64,000 nucleotides of DNA from Glaucostegus cemiculus (lineage: Eukaryota): contig CDPCPM010000091.1 in NCBI GenBank assembly GCA_976551045.1, forward strand, positions 1,178,001 through 1,242,000, given 5' to 3'. The position numbers and the translations under genes are program-made. How positions within the stretch are numbered: the stretch's first letter is position 1; each line of letters opens with the position of its first letter. Positions 51,665-64,000 of the stretch are shown here, piece after piece. The notes beneath the pieces are model-generated. The model was not told the origin of the DNA, did no database searches, and worked only from the letters and a program-made list of their open reading frames with translations.

Positions 51665-52339
51665 CTGAATACAAAATATGGAAATATATATTTAAATGCC
51701 CCATAAAAGGAAACATTTAGGTAATCACAAGAACATAAAGACTATTTACATTTTTTCATAAGGAACTTATTAGTTTAATACTGTAAAAAGAATGTGTATT
51801 GCCATGTCCCTTGACATTCATAATAAAGCATACATGCTATTATAAAATGAGTTATCTGTAACAACTTGTGAGTATCTATAGGATACCGATGTATTGTTGA
51901 ATGATCAAAAGGCCTTTAATTCAAGGTTTTCCCATCATACACAGTCACTTAAATATAGGCAATTTTTGGTAAGTTTGCTAACAGGGTCTGAAGCCCATAG
52001 AGCTTATTAATCATTGAGACTCATGAATTTGCAGTTTTCATTTCCTTTCTATTTTGATGCCAGACTTACAGCCCTACTGTATCTGAAGTGGTTGCTATAA
52101 ATTCAGATTTCATATTAGATATACATATATATTTAAATCAATGAAAACATACACTACAGAACAAGACCTTATTAACCTTCATCATATATACAAAGATGAA
52201 AAGTTTATATTTCAAAGAAATATTTTGATATAATACCAGTATTATTCATACTTGTGAACTGGTGATAAATTTTATCCTAAACCACTTCATTATACCTAAA
52301 AGAAAAAAGAAAATAAATTGATTGACAATAAAGACATGC

Positions 52340-52462
52340 CTTGTGATTGTAGGAATCTGCAACGTAGAGTAGATTCCGTTTTTCATTCCAAGCTACTCCA
52401 AGGGGATGCTGCAACTTTGCATTTACTCCAATACCATCAAGATCTCCAAAAGCAAACAGATT
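52340..52462 (-). CDS. NHLRC2: NHLRC2 exon ([41 protein letters not shown]), 123 nt, GC donor
   Basis: Acceptor aattttcag; nearly identical to the recalled human sequence; ends AAG/gcatgt, in frame with the next exon. Further upstream exons were not found in the window. Confidence 0.93.
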
Positions 52463-54894
52463 CTGAAAATTAACAAAACATGCTTTACTTTATTATAAAT
52501 AGTTTTAAATAGTTTGAAATGATTTTTAGGATAGAAGTTGGATCTAATTGTATCTGTTTTGCATGTCCAACAAGATTGCCTGAAAAGCATCTTAAGTAGT
52601 AATTAGTTTTCCTATTTTTCAGATAGTGTAAAATGGACTTTAGGCTCTTTGTATTTGGCACTGAGAGATTTGATACTAATGTTAAGGATCTGGCCAATCC
52701 TGAGTAGTGAGAGCTTCTCAAGATTTTCCAGGCATGAGTGCAGAGATCATTACTGAGAAGGTAAGATTTTTAATTCATGCAGAGGGAAGATGACAACTTG
52801 TGCTCCTTCTAATAGTACTGCACATTTAATACTGCCAGCAATGATTGGCTTGTCTCCTTGTCTCTACCCTTTCCTGGTATTTATCTGAGGGGCACTGCCA
52901 ACAGGTCAGCCATAGATTTGGAGAAGAGTGTAGAGGTGCCTTGCCAAATTACTAAAGACAAGTACACAGACAATTTCTGATCAATCTTGGGTCACCCATT
53001 GAAAGTGCAGAAATGTACAAATGACTCCAGATAGATACCCCTGTACCTAAAATAACAAAAACTTCTAAAAGTAATTGAAGTGAATCCAAATATTATAATT
53101 ATTTGTATTCCTGCATTTTAATTAGTTCCTCCACCTCTCTTTAGTTTGGTTTCTGTTACAGTATTTTCCCCCCAATCTTTTTAATGAACTGGGGACAGAT
53201 TATGCTCTGAAGTGGAATATCAAATAGAGTGAGGTGTCCAGAGTTACTTTAAATTATCTGTCTTCACTGCTACAAAATAAATGGATTCAACTATCAGACC
53301 ATTTACATGAATAGTTTGTTTAAAGTATGTGAAGGAAATGCTTTTCAAAAGTATTTACTTACAAAATTGTACACTAAGAATGCATTAGCAGGCTTGCTAT
53401 CTAGGTGATATATTTAACATAATTTTCTGTCCATTAAATTCAAATACAGCTGAGCAATGATCTACCATTACCAGATGTATGACTGGGAACAGTGCTAAAT
53501 GGAATCATGCTGAAAAATAAACTTTTCACGCCACTTTAGCTTGACAGAATAGAAGAAGGTAAGTGAAACTCCCTTTTTTCACTATCATCAAGATTCGAGA
53601 CCTCCAGAAGATGCAATGAGATAGCAATTGTAATCACATCAGGCCATTTCAAGCACTGATTCTGAAACCAAGGCAAAATGACTACTTACGGATAAGATTT
53701 TGGTTTTCCAAACAATTTGGGCTAAGGTAGATCACTAAAAGGGTACTCGCTCCAATCTTAAAAGATCTTCAGATCATTGCTGACCATTAAACTTGAAAAG
53801 TTCCTTGTATGATTTTTACCGCATAGCAGAATAATCAAGTTAGAAATATTGGAACATATTAAATACAAGATGAATATACATTATAGTCAAAATACATAAC
53901 AGACCAAAATTGAAATGGATATCAAAACTGAAAATAAACAGTAAATGAGTCACTTATCATACTTGTATTTTTTTGGTCATTTCATAATTAAGGATTCTAA
54001 ATTTAACTAATATTTACAAACTGGCCCAAATTTTCCATTCAATGGTAGGAAGCTCACAACCTTGTAAAACTCTGCCTAAAAGACTAGGTGGATCATAGTA
54101 TGACTGTCCCCATTTCTAAACAATCTGGAACTGTGGCTTTTGTAGGGGATCTGTAGCATCCAACAACACTGATGTTATTAAGCAAGATGAGCAGCCAATT
54201 GGATTAAAGAATTCTTAGATAGCACACCAGGAAATAAAAGCTGCCAACCATACTTAATTTCTTAAAACGCTTTACAGAAAATTAAATAAGGATTCAGACA
54301 ACAAACTATTGGGATTAAGGTAGAAAATGAAATATAAATAAATTCTAAAACTAAAGTTAACACGTGTAAACCATTAAAAGGTTTAGTCTCTATTCCAATG
54401 GAGCAACAACTTGCATAAATAAAGTTAGTTGATTAGGGCCAGAGAGAATTATCAATAGTAATAATAGGTCAGATCACATCAGCATCTGCTGCTGGTTCTG
54501 ACTGGAAAAATCAAATTCTGACACTGAAGTCCAAAAAGGCTGTATGTGTCAATCTGATTGGGCACTGGCCGACACGTGAAGTTTAATGGAGGGGCTGAGC
54601 CTTGCTGGGATTTGCCTCTTGTATCCTGCACAGGGTCAGATATGGCACACAGTCTGAGATCCCAGTAATTTCAATGGGAATTGTAGAAGAAAACACTAGG
54701 AGGTAAAGGGGACTTAACTTTTTTTATTACAAAAAAATTATCTTGCTACGCCGTAATGTTAATTATTTATAATGTTTAATGTACTTTGGTTAACTAAGTA
54801 ATTTTTGAGAAACTATTCTACTGTAAATCATTTTTAAAATGTCTCTGAATGTCAAAAACATATTAATCTTGAAAGATTGTTAGGCAACTTGTAC

Positions 54895-55852
54895 AACTGG
54901 CAAAGCTCCACTCCTAACTCCATCTACGAGTTTGCAGATGATACCAACATTGTGGGCCGTATCTCAAACAGCGACAAGTCAGAATACAGGAAGGAGATAG
55001 AGAACTTAGTGGAATGGTGTCATGACAACAACCTGTTCCTCAATGTCAACAAAACGAAAGAGTTGGTCATTGACTTCAGGAAAGGGGGTAGTGTACATGC
55101 ACCTGTCTCCATCAATGGTGCTGAGGTCAAGAGGGTTGAGAGTTTCAAGTTCCTGGGAGTGAACATCACCAACAGCCGGTCCTGGTCTAACCACATAGAT
55201 GCCACAGCCAAGAAAGCTCAACAGAGCCGCTACTTCCTCAGGAGGCTGAAGAAATTTGGTATGTCCCCTTTGACTCTGACCAACTTTTACCGATGTACCA
55301 TATAAAGCATCCTATCTGGTTGTATCATGGCTTGGTATGGCAAATGCTCTGTCCAGGACTGCAAGAAGGTGCAGAGAGTTGTGGACACTGCCCAGTGCAT
55401 CACGGACACCAGCCTCCCCTCCTTGGACTCTGTCTTTACCTGTCATTGTCTTGGTGTAGCGGACAGCATAATCAAGGACCCCACTCATCTGGGACATTCT
55501 CTCTTCTCTCCTCTTCCATCGGGTAGAAGATACAGGTGCCTGAGGGCACGTACCACCGGACTTAAGGACAGCTTCTACTCCACTGTGATAAGACTATTGA
55601 ATGGTTCCCTTATACAATGAGATGGTCTATGACCTTATGTTCTATCTTGCGTGACCTTGCACATTATTGCACTGCACTTTTTCTGTAGCTGTGACACTTT
55701 ACTCTGTACTGTTATTGTTTTTACTGTACTACATCAATGCACTTTGTACTAACTACGTAACTGCACTGTGTAATAAATTGACCTGTACGATCAATTTGTA
55801 AGACAAGCTTTTCACTCTACCTCGGTACAAGTGACAATAATAAACCAATACC
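54895..55852 (+). mobile_element. Rex1/Babar-like LINE, 5'-truncated RT C-terminal half plus 3' UTR
   Basis: FADDTNIVGRISN..YRKEI..WCHDNNL.LNVNKTKELVIDFRK..FKFLGVNI..FLRRLKKF; a single stop separates this from AWYGKCS..DPTH.GHSLF..PSGRR; tail aataaaccaatacc. Confidence 0.88.
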
Positions 55853-56899
55853 AACTTTGCTGGTTCTCAAAGACTGCGAGGGCATTTCAGGGGCACGGCC
55901 TCCTTACCATGCGGGCCAAGTCCCAATCATCCAGATCACACTGCTGGGATGCAGAGGCCTAATAAATTAAGCTGACCACATCTGGGTAATTATAGGCATG
56001 GGCCAAGTAAAATAATCTGAAGGACCAGGCCAGCAAGATTTGGCCTGCTGTCATATCATACCATTAAAAATTATACCTTCATTCAATATCTTCAATAGTG
56101 TGCAAGAGACTGATGTTAAACCACTCATCTTGTGTTGACCATAATGGGCAAGACTCCATCATTGTACCCAAAGGAGGTGGATAACACCAGTAGCAACTTC
56201 TGAACCTTGTATTTCTGTGATTAACACATCACAAAAATACTTGAATTACTTTAAAAAAAAATGAGATCCATAGAATACTTAAGACTTTGCAAAGGCTTTA
56301 AAAAAAAACTGTTTCTGGAGTGGGAGTACGGACATGGAATTCCCTGTCATGGGTGGAGTCCGTAAACTCTTTGAAGGTTATTAGATAAGTGCCAGTGGGT
56401 GGACTTTGATGACTAAAACGTTGATTTTATTTTCACTTAAAAATTTACTTGTTCAATGATTAAATTCTCTTACCTCTGTAGTTCTAAATTACAGTGATAC
56501 AAGGTGTTAAACAAGTGGATTTTAGCCCTCCATTTGAATGGGTGGCCAACTAGTACTGGTAAATTGAAATCAGGTTACTCAAAGGTAATGGTACCCAGGA
56601 AGATAATTCTGTGGAAAGCACGATGTATTTTTAGTATAGTGTCCTTGGAGTGCAGTTTTTGATGAGTAGTAGGCATCAGTAACAGAAGTAAAGAGATTAA
56701 TCAAATTAAGCAAAGGTTATTTTAAGCTTGGTGATGTGCTTCAGCTAAAGTGCATGCGAGTTGATGGAAACTATTGGGATCCATAGTTAGCATACCTGTT
56801 TTAAGTGACTGCAGCTGAAGGAACTTCAGTTCAGAACTGATGGTCTAGAGTATGAGATTGCAATGAATCAGAAAAGGGGACAGTTATCTAAAAACTTTG

Positions 56900-58245
56900 C
56901 ACCTGGAGATGGTCACACCCCTTAGATTAAGTATTTGTAGAAATGATCAGTTAAGGGGAGCAGGAAGGCGTGATTGAAAGTGAGACAGGTGTGGGAGCAG
57001 GAAGGTGTGACTGTAAGTGAGACAGGTATGGGAAGGTTGTGCTGCAGCAACCTCAGCCCTTGGACATATCCAATAGGCTCTAGGTTCTTATTTAGATGAG
57101 TGCAGAAACTGCAAGGTGGATGAACGAACTGACCAAGGCACTATGATACAAGGAGCCAATCAAGTTGGGGAAATGAAAAATATAGTGGCATTAGAGGACA
57201 GTTAATTTCAGAAGATACTGTTCTCTGCAGTCATGAGCACACTGAAGAGTGTATTGGCTGCCTGCCTGGTGCCAGGATTAAAGACTACTCCTTGGGGCTA
57301 GAGAGGAATTTGAAGTAGGAGGGGAAAGAATCGGTTGTCATGGTTGATGTGGGAACTATTGACAGTGTTATGACACAGAAGAAAGTTCTGCAGAAAGAAT
57401 ATGAGAAGCTAAACGTCCAAATTAAAGAGCAGCACCACAGAGATAATAATTACTGAATTGTTACTTGAGTCAAATGCAAATTGTCACGGGGAAAATAAGA
57501 TTAAAGAATTTGATGCATTGCTCAAAGACTGGTATGAAAGAAATGGGTTTCAATTCATGGACTAGGTGCCTGTACTGGAAAAAGGGGAAGCTGCTCCATT
57601 GGGATAGGTTTCACTTTAATCAGTCTGGGACAGGTATTCTAGTGAATCATATAAATAGGGCTGGAAATAAACTAAATAGTGGGGGACTGAGAGGACATTT
57701 AGCGTAAGAGTAGAGATGTTTACTCCAATTGTATTTGGCCCTTTTTGAGATGGCAACAGGAATACTGTGTACAAATCTGGTCTTCCTAAAGGAGGACCTT
57801 TTTGCTATAGGGTGAGTGCAGTAAGGTTCACCGGATGGATTCCAGGGTTGGTGGATTTGTCATATGAAGAGAGATCATGTAGGCAAGACCTAAATTCTCT
57901 TTAATTTAGAAAAATGTGAGGTGATCTCAAATGTATGAAATTCTTACAAAGATTTACAGGGCAGACATGGGAATGATGCTTGAACCAAAGGTCACAATGT
58001 CAAAATAAAGAGAAATACTGTCACCTTGAATGTGGTGAATCTTTGATTTTCACTACCCAATTGGACTATATATTGCTCAGTACATTCAAGACAGAGACAC
58101 ACAGATTTTTAGGTATTAAAAGTTATGGGATTAATGTAGGAAAGTGGTGCTGAGGTAAAAGATGCCATGTGGTCCTAGTGAATAGCACAGGGGCTGAATG
58201 GTATGAGGGGCTGAATGGCCTACTCCTGCTTCTGTCTCTTCTACC
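56900..58245 (+). mobile_element. Degenerate CR1 LINE: ORF1 esterase (SGNH) remnant joined to ORF2 3' end
   Basis: tgcctgcctggtgccaggattaaagac (CLPGARIKD), gttgatgtgggaactattgac (VxVGTxD), 3' end gaggggctgaatggcctactcctgcttct. Confidence 0.75.
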
Positions 58246-59564
58246 CTTCTGTAATTAGGTCGTGCTTGAACATTCAAGTGAATAGATAGTAGGTTGGACA
58301 GAAGGATGAAATTTGATTGCTCAAGTGAAAAATAACATCAGCATAGATCTGATGGGCCAATTAGCCAATTTCGTTTTATATAGCAAATTGACTGGAATAA
58401 TTACCATTTTACCCTGACTCACCTGTGATTTTAAAAGCAGAATCTCAAAACAACTGCTGAAATTTAGAGACACACTCTCAGCCAGATCTACTATTACTTG
58501 TGCTTACTGTAATCACAGAAACAGCTAAACTATGCATAACATTATCTTGACAAACTCCAACCTTACTTATGTGTAGTTCATACATCCTTGCTACTAAATA
58601 AAGTCAAGTAATGTGATCACTTGGAGCACAAGATGTTAGTTACTAATTTATTAGTCTAATACATTGACACTGATGCACATTGCCAAATTCCAATACCAGG
58701 AAAGAATTAATGGATAAGTGGAAGGATGAATAATAAAAGTCATTAAATTTTATTTTCTCCAAATGGATTCTCCACTAAGGAAATAAACAAAACGGATGAA
58801 AGCAAAATGCTCAGTCTCATTTATAGATCAACACCACCACAATCCATGAACTTAGTCACGGTTTCAACATATCTGCATGAGAGGACTTTATTTAACTTTG
58901 GAAACTTCAAACTTTCTAATAAGTTATTATTTTTTCAGTTAATTAAAATAGGGTTATTTGCTTCATCTAACAATTACAGCACCAGACTGAGGAACCTTAG
59001 TTATTTTGCCTTGTTTGGTCAGTCATTTACTTTGGAACATCTAATAAGGATGAATGTTTAAAGCATTATAAATAATACATTTTTATTTGCCTTTCAGGGT
59101 TTATGAAATCAAAATAACTTCAGGGAAAGGAAAGCTACCATAAAACTACCTCTAGAGAAATATGGGCCATGATTTTGTAGTTAGTGGTGAAACAACAGTG
59201 TTTATTGCTGACTTTGAAGAAAGCTGCTCGCAAAGATCTAGCAAACCCTTTTCCTCTTGTGTCTGTTGCTGTTAGGTTCTGTACTACCCATGCTAGCAAA
59301 ATCTGGAAGTAACAAGCTGGTTTACTTTCCATAACTTGACAGGAAGCAAAACAAAGGCAGGATATATACATGAAGCTTTCGAAGAAGTTGAAATATAGTA
59401 AACATATTTAAAAATATAATAGAATTTTTAATATTTATCTGAGGCAATTACAATACATACAGAACATTTTCATTTAGAGGAGCTTTTACCCAGTAAATAT
59501 GGCCCAGACTTTACAGTTGAATCATGATGAAGCTGTTGGTGTATGTTGCCATTACACTTGAAAT

Positions 59565-59628
59565 TGACAGCAACTTTGGGATTTCCCCTCAAATGTAATT
59601 TAATGTGGAAATCCCAAAGTTGCTGTCA
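59565..59628. repeat. Perfect 22-bp inverted repeat with a 20-nt loop
   Basis: tgacagcaactttgggatttcc (59565-59586) / ggaaatcccaaagttgctgtca (59607-59628). Confidence 0.92.
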
Positions 59629-62600
59629 GTGACTCATCCCACTCCCACTAGCTCCATCTTTGTAGACTACTCCAGCACAATAAAGGGAATTTAGTCAAAA
59701 TGACTAAAATTTCATTTTTTTAAGCAAACTATTCCAGCTGTAAAACATCCTGTTATACTTAAATGTTATACTTTGGCTGCTCTGTTAGTTTGATTACATC
59801 AGGGGTGCTAAGTACCATGGCTCCCTTTGTTTTGACATTTGACAGAAACTGATGTCAGAAGAAGGGAAATGTTGACCCCAAAAGGAATCTAGACCTTTAC
59901 AGGCAGCTTCCTTCAAAACCCAAGGTGAGTGCTGCTTATCACAAAATCCAGGCCAGTAGTTTACTATGGCATTCAAAACTACTTATATCTCATGCAACAC
60001 ATGTATTTTACAATATTTGTTTCTAAAAGCTAAAAGTTCTCAAAATTTGCCAATATATGCTGTAAAATGGATTTATGCTTTTCTAACATAAATTGGTGAA
60101 TTTTGAGAACCTTTAGGCAGTGAATTATTGACACCTACTTCTGGTTCCCTGTGTTTGATTACATGTGTATTTTCGAGAAACTAATCTCAATTTAAAAGTC
60201 TAACGACAGAGTGTTCCCTGCATTCCATTCTAATAACTGCATAATCCAGGCACTTCTTTTGTTGCAACCTCTTAATTTCTTAGGCTGCCAAAGAGCCCCC
60301 AGTTATTGAAGAAGATGGAAGACCATGTGCATTAAAAATTTAACACCTTTAGTACTCCACCTTATCCCTAATCTACCTGTCAAGACTATTGTGCCTTGAT
60401 GAATCCTGAGAGTTTTTCTAGAATTAACCAGAGTTAGATCTCCTCACTTTCAGGCTTCACAACTATGTTATCAATTGTTGAGATTCAAAATGAAATTGAT
60501 TTATTTGCAGAAAATGTACTACATAAGTAGATCACAATACCAGGCTCAGTCTGGGCTCTGCACAAATTATCTTTATCTCAAGGTGAAATATGTTAAGAGA
60601 TAAGGCTGAAGTGGCAGTTGTATCTTGAATGTAAAAGAAGGACCTAATTCCCTTAACGCAACAAACGGGAGCATAGCACTGATCACTTGACAAACAATTC
60701 AGATGGAGTGGTGTTATAAAATATATAATATTAAATAGTAAAATGTAGCTGCTGAGATCAGACCAAAAATTTATACACATTTCTCGGAGGTGAAACATTT
60801 GAATATTGTGACCTTGAAGTGCTCTGATGGGGAAAAAATATATGCCTTAAGCAATCTGAAAGATGGCAGTTATGAATAATTACTACTATGACATAGAATT
60901 GTTGATGTATGAAGTTTAACCCTTCTTTACATCTTGTTTCAAGAATGTGATAATAATGAAATTGAAATAATGATATAAACTATTAAAAGTATATGGATCG
61001 ATTCATCAGATCAAAACATTAATTGTTTTTTAACATTCTAATGGAAGACACACTGTGTGATGCAGCACTTTTGTACATAGAGCTTAGATACATACATATG
61101 CAGCTTCCTGACAACAGGCTCTGATTAGCTAATTATCCATATATGGGTAGACGTGCAAATGCTTCAGCATGTAAGTGTGCAGAGACAATCAATATCACTG
61201 TTAATGACTAAAAAAAGATGCAAGGGGAATGAGATAGAACAATATATTACATAAAGCAGAAAGGAAGATTATTATTATGGCAATTCACAGAAGGGCCCTG
61301 TTTAACAGTGTCCTTTATGAGTAACGAAATGCCTGAAACAATTTTGAAAAATGGTATATTTATTGTCTGAATCCTTCAAGGGAATGGATATCCGGGTCCT
61401 GTCAGTTTTGGGCAGCAACCAGTCCGTTAAGATTATCCCTGTCTGCTAAGGTTACACCTAATGCTTTCAGGTTATCTAAGATAATTTATGGAAAAACCCA
61501 CAATGAGCCTGGTGCTGAGAGGTTGCCAAGCTAATATTGGAGAAGAAAGGAGTAGTTCAGATATAAATTTTGTAAAGCCTTTATAAACATTATGTAGTAG
61601 ACTTTAAATATTGGTGACAGCTATAATGGGAGATCCAGCCATTTAGTTTTAGAAAATATCTGGCAGCTTGTAGCTGGAAATGTATCCTGGGTTAGCAGCC
61701 CAGAGGTTTGCTTGTCTTCAATCTAGTACAAGATAGGTCTGTTCTTGGTTATGGTGTGGAGTGTGGAGAGCAGAGGTACCTAATGTAAAGATGGTTTAGG
61801 TTGTATCTGAGCCTAGAGGAACAAGCCCCACAAAAATGAATATAATTTTATATTCTGGACTTCTCCTTGACAGGAGCATTGGTGCATAATACGGAAAGCA
61901 TAGTCAACTCGTCTTTACAGTACTGCCCTGAAATGACAAAATGGGCCCTCTGTTTGATCGACGTAGTTAAACAGCCTATTGCTTGAATAAGTTGGGTACT
62001 CTTACTCTTCTGGATCTGGTGTTGGCTGGAATGCCAGGAATAAAATGTTCTCTCTTTCATCCTGTTTTCACACAGCAACTGCAGTGAAAGTCGGCCACCA
62101 TTTACTGCCTAAATTAAGTGAAACCATCGCAAAAGCTGTAGTGCACTCAACATTATAGCCATGAAGCCAGAGTCAGGCAAAATAACCTGGTGCCAAGTGA
62201 TGGGGCTCTGTAGTACCTGATACCATTTGTTGCTTGGTGAACTGAATGATCCATATGCCTGCTATTCTAGTCAATACAAACTTCAGAAAAGCAGATCATA
62301 CACAGGAATTGTAATCTTACAGCAGTACTGGGAAGAGCATGAGTGAAGAGGGATGCCCTGCTGGTATTGTATTGCATTTTTCCCCAGAGAACAACAATGC
62401 AGCTAACTAGGAACAAAGCAGCAGTCAAAGTCAAAACTGTGTTGATTACGCAAAAGACCTGAGAAGATAGCAAAGCTGACGACAAATAATAAGGAAGTAG
62501 GCATTTTAGACATCTATTTTGGTTGTGAATATATCAAAGGGTAAGCATGTTATGTGATATTACACATAAAAGCACCAGCACAGCTCAACTCCACGATATA

Positions 62601-63389
62601 TGTGCTTAGAAATGCAATTGCATAGTTTTATTCAGCACCAGGTGATTAAAAATTAATTTTTCTTTCTGGAATAAAACTTGATAATGATCATTTCTATGTC
62701 ACATTGCATCACTCAGGAAAATCAACAGGATGCTTCTAGGCTTGACCCAATCAAGCCCTTGACAACATTTCTATATCAAAAGTACGAAGGACAATATCAC
62801 TTCCTATGCAATGCTCGTTTTGCAGTACTGCAGTAAGAGTCTGACCATATTATTCTGCTCCCCCTCCCCTTTCATTATACCCCATTGCACTATCAAGCAT
62901 AGAATATGGTCATAATCCTTCTCCCCTCACCACCTGGCCTCACCCCTGATCACAGCAAAGCAGCAAAGGTCTCTGATCTTTCTTTGTCCTCTCACTCTGC
63001 CAGACCATAACAAGTTCCAATCCCTGCTTCCCACCTTTCCACTCAACCACAGCATTGTAATCCCTCTGGTAATACATCAATCTCCATCAACCACACCACA
63101 TGGATATTCCCCAATCAACTCTATCTGATCCATGGTCTCCAGCCATCCCTGACCCACAGACCTCTACCTGAGATTTGACACCAAGACAGCACATTTTTAA
63201 CTCAGATTGGACTTTGTCACCAAGAATGAGTTAGCTTGGCATTTCAGAAACAAATCAGCTGTGCAATTAATATTTCCCCCAAAAAATTATAAAATAGATC
63301 CCATTTCAGCATTTAGCCCTCTGTGACTCTGGTTTCTCCTTCCATCTCTCCCTCCTTAGTCCACTTTACCACTCAATGGCATGTGATGC

Positions 63390-63995
63390 AATGTCTTTCC
63401 CTTCTCACCATTAGCAACCCAAATAGTCCTTTCAAGTTGAGCATGATTCACTTGCACTTCTTCCACCTTAGTGTTCATGACATGGACTCCTCTGCATTGG
63501 AGAAACCAAATGCTATTTGGGTGATCATTTTGCAGAATTCAGTCTACAAACAAAATCCCGAGCTTCAAGTTGCCTGTCACTTTAATTCTCCATTCCACTC
63601 CCACACTGACCTCTCTGTCTTTGGCTTCCTACATTTTCCCAATGAAGCTCAACAAAAGCTCAAGGGACACCACATTGATTTTTTTTCTCTCACTGCCCTC
63701 ATTCATCTCTTCTGGCTAACTAATCTCCTCTTACATTCCTCTGGGTAGATTTTCTATGATTAACTAGACAGCACTGAAATCAATTGTGTTACCTAGTCAA
63801 CCTCAGTGTCCATCCTAGCACAAATATTCCCTTTGTTTTCTCCACCTCCACAACTTAAACCATGCTTGTTTTATCATTTTAGCAGTTCTAATGAAGAGTC
63901 ATTGAAATGTTAACTCCGTTTTTCTCTCTCTCTCCCTACGGATGCTGCCTGACCTACTGTGCATCTCCTGAATTTATAGGTTTTACTTCTGATTT
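63390..63995 (+). mobile_element. Penelope-like element: GIY-YIG endonuclease remnant plus 3' terminal arm
   Basis: attggagaaaccaaa (IGETK) and PELQVACHFNSPFHSHTDLSVFGFLH..NEAQQKL, then cagttctaatgaagagtcattgaaatgttaac and gatgctgcctgacct. Confidence 0.75.
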
Positions 63996-64000
63996 TTGGC

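Noticed and set aside
58417-58460. Minus-strand CAG/GTGAGT donor as a possible upstream NHLRC2 exon
   Set aside because: Translation shows no similarity to the expected preceding NHLRC2 sequence (..ADSESS..GGERDP); at most a cryptic site.
59640-59670. Minus-strand KDGA codons resembling NHLRC2 LKDGAVK
   Set aside because: Flanking residues do not match, a stop follows, and it lies within the putative MITE.
1-64000. CRISPR arrays, rRNA, prokaryotic operons and the remaining 60-100 aa ORFs
   Set aside because: This is eukaryotic DNA with no repeat-spacer array or rRNA similarity; the short ORFs are random or transposon-derived, many with non-ATG starts.

Overview
Vertebrate genomic DNA, most likely an elasmobranch (shark or ray), inferred from its repeats: HE1-like V-SINEs, SacSINE/Deu-SINEs, CR1 LINEs and Penelope-like elements. 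The window reproduces the CCDC186-ADRB1-NHLRC2 gene order and orientation of human 10q25. It holds the last coding exon of CCDC186 (+, 7641-7721), a complete intronless beta-1 adrenergic receptor (-, 14940-16175) inside a ~4.5 kb CpG-rich domain, a ~30 kb repeat-rich gene desert, and the last four exons of NHLRC2 (-, 52462-47622), one with a GC splice donor. The most unusual signal is a family of short Penelope-derived insertions with 13-15 bp target-site duplications. Two of them are fold-back palindromes of head-to-head arms carrying degenerate minimal hammerhead-ribozyme cores. Other highlights are a nine-copy CTCF-like motif array downstream of ADRB1, two overlapping uORFs in the ADRB1 leader, and a perfect 22-bp hairpin with kappaB and AP-1 motifs in an NHLRC2 intron. 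All identifications come from reading the sequence and recalled homology; no searches were run, and repeat boundaries are approximate.
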